NCBI GenBank assembly: GCA_010093705.1
Contig: MU006117.1
Coordinates: forward strand, 139,707 to 203,706
DNA from: Patellaria atrata CBS 101060
Taxonomy: Eukaryota
DNA: 64,000 nt
Direction: 5' to 3'
The translations under genes were made by a program, and so were the position numbers. The stretch's first letter is position 1. Every line of letters begins with the position of its first letter. The notes below the pieces were generated by a model. It was not told the origin of the DNA. It ran no database searches and saw only the letters and a program-made list of their open reading frames with translations. Of this stretch, positions 46,729 to 58,199 are shown one piece after another.

Positions 46729-48332
46729 CTAAAAGTCCCTAAAAGCGTCCTCGTGCTTATCTCTCAGTTCCGCACTATATTCTTCCCGCTCGGGATTCTC
46801 ATCCTCATACTCATCGAAGTTTCTTGTGTCTGCTGGACCCCTTAGATGCGGAACGATGGGTCCTGGAACACGGCGATAGTAGAGTTCGTCCCAGTCGATG
46901 TCCTTAAACCAAGGGTGTGATTTAACAGCCGAAGCCCCGCCCTTAATGTTACCAAGGCGCTTAGAGACATCTACAGTGCAAAGGGCGGAGATGAGAGATC
47001 TAGCAGCTGGGGACATGGCAGAAGGGAAGCGGAGATGACCAGCCACGATCCTGTACAGAGTTGTTAAACAGAAAAGCACGACAATTCGCAAGGTAGAAAA
47101 CATACTGTTCGTAGATTTTCATTGGGTTTTGATCCCAAAACGGCGGTTGACCGACCAGGAACTCGTAAACCAGAATACCGAAGGCCCACCAGTCGACGGC
47201 GCAGCCATGACCTACGCTTTTGTGAGACATATGAGTCGTTATTCAGAATTGCAGTTTAACGTACCTGTGTTCCTGATGACTTCCGGAGCAAGATATTCAG
47301 GCGTGCCACAGAGAGTGTATGTCTCCCCTGACAATGTCAGTCAGTACATTTACCCATGAAACTGTGTTTGCGAGGGACATACTGTCATCCACTTTCTTCG
47401 CAAAGCCAAAATCCACCAACTTCAAATGGCCCTCAGCGTCTATAAGGATATTCTCGGGCTTCAAGTCCCTATAGGCGACGCCCTGTTGCTCATGGAGGAA
47501 TTCCAGAATCAAGACTATTTCTGCGGCGTAGAATTGAGACGTAGCTTCATTGAATCGTCGCGCTCTTCGTAGATAGCTGAAGACCTCACCACCAGGGCAA
47601 TAATCGAGCTGTTGAATAGTTAAAATACACTCTCACAGAAGCGTACAAGTGTGCCAGTCACTTACAAGCATATATAGAGAATCATGGTCTTGAAAACTTG
47701 CTACGAGTGTTGTGATGAAGGGATGGCCGGCCACTGCAGCTAAAACATTCCTCTCGTTTCGGACATGCTCGACTTGCTTTAGCCGTATGACTACGGTCCC
47801 GTTAGTACTCTGAGGTAAACGCCAATCAAATATGATCAACTTCTAGACTGGACAATTTGTTACCATCAACCTTCCGTAGAATTTTGAGCGCAAAAACTTT
47901 GTCCCCATCTGGGCCCTTCGCGTCCCTTAATCTAGACAACCAGACCCTGGCGAATGTGCCTACAAGGACCAATTAGTATTCGGCTTTATTCTTGAATTTC
48001 AACTCTTCAAGTTGAATAGGTGAGAATTGAACGGTAGTATTCTCACCAGTTCCTAAGGTCTTTATAAGGTCAAAGTCCTCGCTCCGCAAATACTTCCTCG
48101 AATGTCCCACGGGTTTATCATTAGGGTCCACGAGGATTTCATCATACCCCATGGGGTGTTTCTCAGCTTCCCATTGTGCTAGGGCATGCTTCTCCTCATC
48201 ACGACGGGCCGTGATGGCGCGCTCATCCTCTTGTGGTTGCTGCGGTGGGCGTTCTGGTGAGGATTTGCGGTTTCGGGTCATGCTGTGGTGCAGACCGTGG
48301 GGAATGATGTGGTGCATCGCTGCTGCAGCCAT
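46729..48332 (-). CDS. pkaB: cAMP-dependent protein kinase catalytic subunit, second (PkaB/Cpk2) type, multi-exon
   Basis: IKTLGT|GTFARV, FALKILRKVD|VIRLKQVEHVRNER, YRDLKPENIL, DFGFAK, YTLCGTPEYLAPE, GHGCAVDWWAFG, GQPPFWDQNPMKIYE, C-terminal F..F motif (AFRDF*). Confidence 0.92.
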
Positions 48333-50391
48333 TTGGGAGGTGCGATTGTGAGCAAAACAGTCCTACAGAGGATCGTAGAGTTTATTGTGAGGATCGAGGT
48401 GTGCTAAAGTTGGAAGTTGGAAAGGTGGCAGGGTCGGTGGTTAGATCATATCGCGGCTCGAAGACTGTTTCAAACTGATAGAGCTGTTCACAAGACAAGC
48501 GAGGAAAGGACGAGAGCAGATGTTGAAGCACTGGAGATAGTATGATAGTTGGAAATTTGTTGGTGTCGTAACTCTCTATCTAGGATGGATAGTGGGGTTG
48601 CAGTGCATTTTGAAGAAGCATGACAGGAAAGGTCAACGATTCATCAATCATTTACAACACGGGTTCAAAAGGAACGAGGCCCGATGACGCTGCCGTGGCT
48701 TTTAACCAGGGGGAGCAAGGGGGGGTAAGTCAAGACCCGATACTGATATGGTAGCACGGGTTTGGCCGGGATTTGGCATGCACTGGCGCAAATGGTGGGC
48801 ACGGTGGGTTGCGTGTGCTGCTGGTCCCCCAACTCTCCTTTAGCTTGTTACTGCCCTGCTTTCCCGGATCTTGGGGCTGGACGAATGGCTCGAATTGCTC
48901 TCATTAACCCTAACTTTATCCTCCGTCGATCAGATCTGATCTTCCATGATTTGCCAATATTTCCTCAGAGTTTCCTGATTCAGAAGACCTGTCAGAGGTA
49001 ATCGGTAACATGGCCTTTCCACCTCCGTAATCTCAGCCTTATTTCTATTCATAACCTCGAAGATTTTGTCCGTCTAGTCCATGGCGCGCGGAGACTCTCA
49101 ATGTCGTGTCAGCGGAATCGCGTAAAGGTACCCATCGCCCCTGGATTATGAACCGGCGCAGAGGTGTCAGGGCCGGAATTTGATATTATTTGACAGGACG
49201 CTACAAATCAACCGTTCCTATGCTCCTTTAGCTTCTATTGGCTGCCCGGGTCCGACATATCATGACAGTTTGATCGGGCATGTCAGATCTATTATTACTA
49301 TAAATGCGAGTAAATACGACCCTATTATGTTGTCTCAAGAAATCGATTTACTCATAACAGTACGGGTCAAACTTGTTAGGATCAAACAATGAACTTGATC
49401 CTTTAAAGTGAGTATTAAATATCAGCTAGATTCAAGGCCCAGTCCGTAAAGCCTTGGAGATTTGGCAGAGTTGGACGTGCGTTCTCTGCACGTCAGAACT
49501 CCCCTATATGATTGGTCCTATAAATATATAGTTATTACAGCTACTCAAACTCCAGCGGATCAAAGTAAACATGAGAATGCGTATATGAAGACGCATAAAC
49601 CTTTATATTAATCACTTAAGAATAGGGAGCCCAACGGTGAATAGCCCTCAAAGAGTACTCCCATCTTCCAGGAAGCACTCCCTCGGACTTGATACCGTAA
49701 GTTCCTCTTAAATCAGGTAGGGTATTAATCACGTGGAATAGCACAGATAGACATATCCACATAATGTATAAGTGCCATCATGCCACAGTCAGGTAGGTGA
49801 GATCGGAGAGAGAGAAAACTGATGAGTCTTGGTCTTGATATTTCACGAGTAGAATCTCTTTGCGATAAACTGATAAAAGCAGACTACTACAAGTTCCTTG
49901 ATCGTACGCGATCCCACGTAGTACGTGGAATTGGCGACGTGGTATTACCGTTTCACTTTGTCTTCTGGCATATAGACTACAAGCACACCTCTGTGCTCAG
50001 ATGTCTTTGAAATATGGAAGTAACAGTGAACGGTAGAATGAGATACAACAACTTGAAACCAGAAAAGAAATCGCATTGCAGACATTTGCTTTTCCAATGA
50101 TTATGAGTAGACTCGTCGATCATTACCGCCTCATATCATTTCTCCAACGGTGAAAGTGACAGGAGACACATTGAGCACATCTCCTGTGATATGCTCTACT
50201 GTTTCGTCCGTCCTGCCTCAATTTGGAAACTTGGCTCTTTCTCTTCTCGACTAGTGGGTATAAGAATTTGGTTCACATCCTAATTATCCGCATTCTGTAA
50301 ACTTGAATCGTAAAAATACATGTCGTGATTCTATAGCAAAAGAATTCGAGAAAAATATCGGTACAGTTGTTCTTCCCGTTTAAATCTATCC

Positions 50392-51205
50392 TTAACCTTT
50401 GCTGTGTGTATTAAGAATCAAGCCCACGATTAGACTGGATGATAAGTTAGCCGCTGAGAAGCTATGCCTAATTTGGTAATGGACCTACCCATAAAGACCC
50501 AGGACTTCACCAAAAATTAGAATTAATACCATGCCTACAAAGATCCTCGACTGTTGCATATATGATCGAACGCCCTACTACGATCAGTAATAGATTCTGT
50601 AGCTTTCCTTGATCATTCGCATACCATATCACCAACTATGCCTATCGCGTATCCCGCCGCTAGACCGGAGAGACCAACGGACAGCCCGCAGGCCAAGTGC
50701 ATAAAACCACTGAATAATGTGTAGTGCTGGCTAGGCGGTGGAGACATGTCTCCTGCTATTAAAACGGCTATAACAAGAGCGTAGACTGCAATGATACCGG
50801 ACATGACGACGGGGATAAGGGACTGTTGTGACAGTTCAGCTTCGTGGTTAACGCTCTATTCACCGGTATCTGTACCTTCATAATAAGATCAGGCCTATAT
50901 GTACCAACTCCTGCAATCCCTATGCCAGATTTTGCTGTGCCATATGCCGCTCCTATGCCTATTGCACTATATCAGCGCTTGGGTCGATTGTGTAGTGTAG
51001 GGTAGTATAACGGACATCCAAAAATCATCTATGGAAGAGAGGTTAAGCTTAGAATCTCTTTGAATCAGTCAATACGTGTGAGAGCTTACTGCGAATGCTA
51101 TTCCACCCTGCAGAATGTGTTAGCACCGTCATAGAAATGTCAGCTCTGGAGACGTACCATGCCAAAGAAAGGCGCAAATTTGGGGGTTAGATCAACTTGT
51201 TCCAT
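50392..51205 (-). CDS. VMA11: V-ATPase V0 proteolipid subunit c', with 18-nt (51107-51090) and 13-nt (51028-51016) micro-exons
   Basis: [71 protein letters not shown]...|[42 protein letters not shown]. Confidence 0.93.
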
Positions 51206-51962
51206 CTTGAAGATGTGATGATTTCACTTTACAAGTATAACGGATAGGAAGATTGGCGAAGGGGGATGGAGAGTAGTCGAAAAAAGCCGCGAGAGTTGAT
51301 GATTAAATTAGCTTGAACCTCGAGCTCGAGCATGTGCAGGTGATGATGGCTACCAAGCAGTGCAAGATAACAGGCGGATGACTAAGCTAGTGGGCCAATA
51401 AACATGCCCGCTTCCAGTCGAAAGTGGAAATATTACGATGCACCTTTTCCTACAACCAAAGAAGAGAGACCTACCTTAGTAAACTATCGATCTCCGCAAA
51501 TACTAAATTTCATCACTCTTCTTCATAGATATTCCAAACGGTTTTGTCAGTTTTATAGGAACCCCAATCGTTGTCACTCGATATCGTCTTGCTTTGCAAT
51601 CCCTCCCTTGTCCTTACCACCTTCAATATACCCTCAACTGATCTGCCTCTCTTTCGTATCTGCTTCGACATCAGACCCCCCCAAACCTCCCACAGGACCC
51701 TCGGTAATAGGGCCTGAATCACTCTGAGAGACCATCCGCAGAAAGACCCCTTGATTCGAGTCTTCCGCGCAGCGCCATTCTTTGCTTGGCTATTGTCGTC
51801 AGCGTGTTCACAGAAGCACAAGGACTCGCCTCCACCTCCACAGATAACCACCCTCGACCTCACGCCTGCAACAGGCTTTACTCGAGTTCGAGGTACACAA
51901 CATACAAGGAAAACGAGCTGATGCTTGGGTTTTGAGTCGTCCCTGGCGTCGAAGAGGCCCAG

Positions 51963-54900
51963 ATGGCGGACTATGGCTCTCAACAGGGGAGAGAGTACAA
52001 TCGACAGTACAACCCTGTGTCCGACCAACAAAGACATGGAGCTTACTCGGCCATCTTCGGAGGTGCACCTTCAGGGCGTGCTCAGACGATGTCAAGTAGT
52101 ACTTTTCAACAACCGCCCGATCGATCACAAACAATGTCCTCACAGGGCTCAACAATGATGCAGAGAACTCCACCTATGCGACAACAAATGAACGGCTATG
52201 AACGGCCCTCCCACAATGGATATCCCCCCCCCCATCGATCTGTTGATAATACACCTTCACCACCTCACCAACAGCAGAGAGGCTCACCCACTAATTATCT
52301 CCCGAATCCAGTACCACCGGAGCGTAAACCCTATGGCTTGCCCCCTCGAACAGATATGCGAGGACCGCCTATGGGGCAGAGCTTCAATAGGCCCATTCCG
52401 AATAGATATCCTGGAGGTCCGCCTGGACCCGCGCTCAATTCGGACCCTTATCGTTCCCAATCTCTGGCTGTGGGATCCAGGCCTACCTATCCAGGAACTG
52501 GGACTTATAACCTAGCACCAGCTCAAGCTTTCCGACAACAAGCATACCATAATCAGTCGAGGACGACGGCGCAAGGACGAGTTGTCCCTGAACGTCCGGA
52601 TGAGCGAACAATGTCCTTAGCTGCATATTCCAGAGATGGTGACCATTCACACATGACACAAACAATGAGTGGGCGCGTGATACCAAACCGTAGACGCGAA
52701 TCCGTAGGACAAGATGACGCGCCTTCGCCAAGCTCGTTTGCAACAACCTCACCTTCTACTACTAGCACAAAGACACGAACACCTAGTCAATCTAGTTTAC
52801 CCTCGAGAACTATGTCCATGGCGTCCACAATAGTAGCTCCTTCGGATCGCACAATGTCGATGGCCAGCCGTTCCGGAGTCCAGAAATCGAACAGCAATTC
52901 GACCTCCCAGGCCGCAGCGCCCAATCAACGTAGGGCTCCGCTTGTTTATCCAGCTCTTCTCTCCAAGGTCGCCGAGACATTCCGTGATAAAATTCCATTA
53001 GGGGATAAGATCAAAGATGGCCTGGATTATAAGGGTGCATTTGCAGGAGCTGAAGCCGTCGACCTCATCGCGTATATTATCAAAACAAATGATCGCAACT
53101 TAGCCCTTCTACTGGGCAGATCCTTAGACGCGCAAAAATTCTTCCATGATGTCACCTACGCGCATCGGTTACGCGACTCGCACACCGAAGTCTATCGCTT
53201 CAAAGAAACTCTTGTGGAAACTGAAGATACCGGAGTCAATGGAGTTTTCACCTTGCTAACTGAGTGTTATTCCCCTACTTGTACAAGGGACCGTCTCTGT
53301 TATTCTATTGCATGTCCTCGAAGGTTAGAGCAGCAAGCTCGCCTCAACATGAAACCTCAAGCTGGCTTAAGGCGAGAAGATTCAAGAGGAAGTCTGCACG
53401 AAGATCAAGCGGACGAACAGAAACTTTGGATTAACACCGTCTCTAAAGAGGTTGCAGATAGCATCGATGATAAGGAGAAGAAGCGCCAAGAAGTCATCTC
53501 CGAATTGATGTACACGGAGCGAGATTTCGTAAAGGACCTTGAGTATCTCCGCGATTTCTGGATGAAGCCTTTACGTGCCCCTGGCACCTCCCCTATTCCA
53601 GAGCACCGCCGGGAAAAGCTCATCAAGACTATCTTCTCTAATTGTCAGGACGTGTACTACGTCAACTCGCGCTTGGCAGAATCTCTTACTCGACGACAAC
53701 AGCAAAGCCCGGTTGTGAGGAATGTGGGAGATATATTCCTCGAATATGTTCCCATGTTCTCTCCCTTTATCACTTATGGTGCGAATCAACTGTTTGGAAA
53801 GTACGAATTTGAATGTGAACGAAAGACAAATGCCGGCTTTGCTAAGTTCGTAGACGAGGTGGAACGCTTGAAGGAGTCAAGGAAGCTGGAATTGAATGGT
53901 TATCTTACGAAACCAACGACAAGACTAGCGAGATACCCGCTACTACTCGAAAATGTCTTGAAGTACACGGCTGATGATAATCCTGACAAGGATGATATTC
54001 CTAAGGCAATCAAGATGATTAAAGACGTCCTATCCAGGGTCAACATTGAATCCGGAAAAGCAGAGAACCGGTTTAATTTGCAGCAGCTTGCAAGGGAGCT
54101 CAAGTTCCGGAATGGCGAATACATTGATCTTAAATTGACGGATGAATCTCGACAGCTCATCTACAAGGGAGGCCTCAAGAGAAATCCCACAGATGCTAAT
54201 GCGGATGTCCAAGGATTTCTCTTCGACCATGCGGTTCTTTTAGTCAGAGTTAAGACGGTCAATAAACGCGAGGAGATGAAAGTATACAAGAAGCCGATCC
54301 CACTTGAACTCTTGGTTATCACACAAATGGATGAAGTCATTCCAAAAATGGGTATTGCGAAACGACCTTCGTCCAGCCTCGTACTCGGTAGCAAAAACAA
54401 TGCAAACACTCCCAAGACGGAAGGATTCCCAATCACGTTCAAGCATCTCGGTAAGGGTGGTTATGAATGCACTTTGTACTGCTCAACCCATATCCAGCAA
54501 GTCAAATGGATGGAGCATATTGAAGCTCAGTGTAAGATGATCAAGGATCGTAACAACATGTATATGCAGACTACACTCAATGAGGGCTTCTTCACCGCAG
54601 CGATTAGAGTCAACTGCTGTGCTCCTGCAGGTAAGCGTCGCTTCGATTTAAGTCGCGACTTTTTGCTAACGAATTTACAGACAGTGGTAGGAAACTCGTC
54701 CTTGGAACGGATTCAGGCGTTTACATCACCGACCGCAAACCAAAGGACGCTTCTATCAAACCTCGCCGTATTCTGGAAGCTAAGTTTGTTTCTGGTATTG
54801 ACGTACTTGAAGCTCATTCCATCCTTCTAGTCTTGACAGAGAAGACTATGTTTACCTATCCAATGGAAATTCTGCATACGGAGGAGAGCCCTGTGACTAA

Positions 54901-55823
54901 CGCTAAGCGAGGAAAGAAAATTAGTCATGGCACTTTCTTCAAGGCTGGCATTTGCGATGGCCAGCAATTAGTGTGTCTCGTTAAGTCAAGTGGTCTTTCA
55001 ACCACCGTTAAGGTCTACGAACCCATGGAAAACTACTCAAAACAGAAGAAGTCCGGCTTCGGAAAGTTGCTGGCTGGTGGCCAAGATGTTTTGAAGCTGT
55101 CAAAAGTAAGCGCCAACACAGTTCATTCTTATTTTCCTCACTCAGCATTCGGCCTAACTTCAATCAAGGAGATATATATACCCAGCGAAGCGATCTCCCT
55201 ACATTACCTCAAGACCAAACTCTGCGTAGGTTGTTTGAAAGGCTTTGAAATTGTAGAAATGGAGACTTTGGAAACTCAGTCTTTGTTAGATCAAGCAGAC
55301 ACCTCTTTGGACTTCGTAGTCGCTCGCAAAGAATCGAATATCAAGCCGATCCATGTTGAGCGCATTGGCACAGAGTTCCTCCTCTGCTATTCCGACTTCT
55401 CTTTCTGGGTCAATCGGCACGGTTGGCGTACCCATCCGGAATGGAAGATCACGTGGGAAGGTAACCCACAAAACTTTGCCATCTGCCATCCTTACATTTT
55501 AGCGTTTGAGCCCAGCTTTGTGGAAATCAGGCATATTGACACCGGCATGCTCATGCATATCCTAACGGCTAAAAACATCAGGATGCTCCACACTTCTACT
55601 CAGGAGGTAAGTCTTCAACTCCCTTCGCAAGTTACCTTTCCATGGCCTAATTATTTTAACGTCTCAGATCCTGTACGCGTACGAAGATGAACTCGGATAT
55701 GATGTCATCGCATCCCTCGATTTCTGGCCTCAGACTAAGAATCGACCAACCCACGCGCCAATGAGCGAAAAAGCTACTTTGGAAAATGGTATGCATCGCC
55801 AGCAAATCGAGTACAGATATTGA
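51963..55823 (+). CDS. ROM2: Rho1 guanine nucleotide exchange factor Rom2 (DEP-DH-PH-CNH), 4 exons
   Basis: VYPALLS..DRNLALLLGRSLDAQKFFHDVTY (DEP), KRQEVISELMYTERDFVKDL and KPTTRLARYPLLL (DH), FDHAVLL (PH), CNH to ILYAYEDE..DVIASLDFW; introns at about 54631, 55106 and 55607; stop TGA 55821-55823. Confidence 0.96.
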
Positions 55824-56467
55824 GCCGATACATATGCCCATATTCTCGAAATCGATTATATCGGCCTTAATTTCAACCTGTTGTCGGCAGCTTCCTTAAC
55901 TTCCCCATGCAATGTCTCAGCAGTTTACACCGATTCGTCGTCGCTCGATTTTTCGTATAGTCAAATCTCGTCTAGCCGCATAGACGGCCTGTATTGCGAC
56001 ATACCCTCTCAATTTGAGTCTCGTGTCATCTTTGGCCTCCCTGTTTCGCCTTCATCGGTTTCAAGAGCGTGGGTTTCTGCACCACTACTGTGCATGGAGG
56101 ATTTCTGGTGCCTCTTTTCTAGAAGTTCTTACGTCAAATCCACCCGATTCTTGGTGTCAGATTACGGTGGTAATCAGCAGGATGAATCAATTGCTGGACT
56201 GAAAACGACAAGTTATTCTGTACAAACACGATTCGACTTTTCCTTCTGTGTCCTTGGTTATATTGACTTGTTGAGTCGGCTTCTCCTCCTTTGATAGGGA
56301 CATAGGAAGCTAGTGTTTCATCTGGAGGTGAGTTCGAAGAAAGAAGTTATGGAAGACGACAGGAGTGTATATGATAGTGATTAGGACGACTGAAGCGGAG
56401 GAGAAATGGATGGATGCATCATAGACAATTTTGGATGATCATTCGACAGATTGCTCGTCTTAACCTC

Positions 56468-56636
56468 TGCATTGAAGCTTATGCATAGCTTTAGTGCTTG
56501 GTGGACATGCTTCTATACTACACTTTGCATTAAAGCTCTCTCTATGGCTTTTTGTGCTCGGTGACGTGCTGCTACTATACTATGCTTTGCATTGAAGCTT
56601 AAAATAGCTTCTTGTGCTTAGTGACGTGCTACTATG
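56468..56636 (+). repeat. Degenerate tandem repeat, about 60-nt unit x3
   Basis: Units start TGCATT(G/A)AAGCT at 56468, 56526 and 56588, and share GTGCTYRGTG(G)ACRTGCT and CTAT. Confidence 0.8.
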
Positions 56637-57226
56637 ATTCTTTGTGCCAACTTTTTAACCATGCTACTGTTCAGACAGAGACTCCACAAGTTCCTATTGC
56701 CCCTCCCTGGATTGAACTCACATTGATCCCTTCTATCCATGCTTTGGTTATCCCGAATCTAACAACAGTCTTAGGCCCTCGAAACGCCAACCTCAAGCTA
56801 AGGAACACAGAGAATCGAAAAGACAACCAGCCTTCTCTCATACAGCACAAGTATTATCCTACCTCATCTTTTTTTTTTAATTCCATTATATTGTATTATC
56901 TACAATACTGCGCATACAGCCTTCAAGCTATGGCGCAACCTCATCTTATCCTTACTGTAAAAGAAGAACCCCCATCTCAACTATACATATTAACCCAGGA
57001 AACTGCCACCAGCGGGACAGAAGAACCAGACATAACCAAAACTTACATAGACTACTCAACCCACATCAGCAAACCCAGTGAAGACGATGTTTACCACAGA
57101 CACAAGGAACTTACTCAAAATTAAAGAGTTGAACAAGTACACTAACCGATCGGTCGACTATTTCAACCGAATCGAAAAAGACCTACACATATCGTCCACA
57201 TATCGTCCAGCTTAGACATCGTGTGC

Positions 57227-57506
57227 GAAGGTAACCCACAAAACTTTGCCATATGCCATCCTTACATTTTGGCCTTCGAGGGGATCTTTGTGGAATATCG
57301 CGAACCAATTCAGAATTGCAAAACCTTGCTGCTATTCCGATGGGAATCCCGTCCCAGGAACTCTTGTAGAGACTAGAGTGACGCACCCATTCGAGTATGG
57401 TCCTCAATATCGCCAACCAATGCAAGAATACACCTCGCAAGAACCAATGAGCGATGGTTACCATCACCATCTCGACACTGGAATCAGGATATTGCACAAC
57501 TCTTCC
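57227..57506 (+). pseudogene. Partial duplicate of the ROM2 CNH-domain 3' region
   Basis: 57227-57270 matches 55457-55500 at 43/44 nt and encodes EGNPQNFAICHPYIL; weaker remnants CYSD, THP and HLDTG/IRILHNS follow. Confidence 0.75.
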
Positions 57507-58199
57507 TCCTGGAACAAACACTACAAAATCATAAGGAGCGGCACCGAACACGTAGAACCGGGCTTGTTCCCAATCCAGTAGCAAAGAACCTGGTGCCATG
57601 CCCTCTTCCAGACGATGGCGAATCGACGGAAAGAAGTTCATCCAGCCCAGTACCATTCCTATCAAGGTGTGGATTCACGGAAGATTTCCAGATCAGCAGA
57701 TCCCAACTTATGCAACCGTTTCTCCAGCAGGTTTGCGAACACATAGGATAAACAGGGTTGCTTCCAGGATAAGTGGAGAGATTCATATGAAAGCATCATA
57801 GCCATTCATCTTCAACGGAAAGAGGGGATAGTCGTCTCCCTGCTCGAGCTACACAAGTGGGTCAGGGGATTGAGGAATAAGCCACCTTGCCCCCTATTTG
57901 GGGTTCGCCGGCTCAGAGTATCTATCATCACCGGCGAATTTGTGAACACCTACGACAAGCAGCATTGCGGCCGCTTTGCTGAATGTGCTCCAACGATTCT
58001 GGAGCAGGTTAGGCAAGATATTGAAAAGGGGGAGGATGGCAGCAATATAAAATCCTCATGGTCATTCATTCAATAGAATGAGGGGGTAGTCGTTTCCCCG
58101 ATAATGCTTTCTGAATATTAGTAAAGGGATTGAGGAAGTAACCCCATTGCACCGCACAAACGTCTCGTTACGAAATTCGATCGTTACTACGAGGAGGGT

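Noticed and set aside
50159..50187. ACAGGAGA...TCTCCTGT inverted repeat downstream of VMA11
   Set aside because: An 8-bp stem is expected by chance in 64 kb; no other supporting feature.
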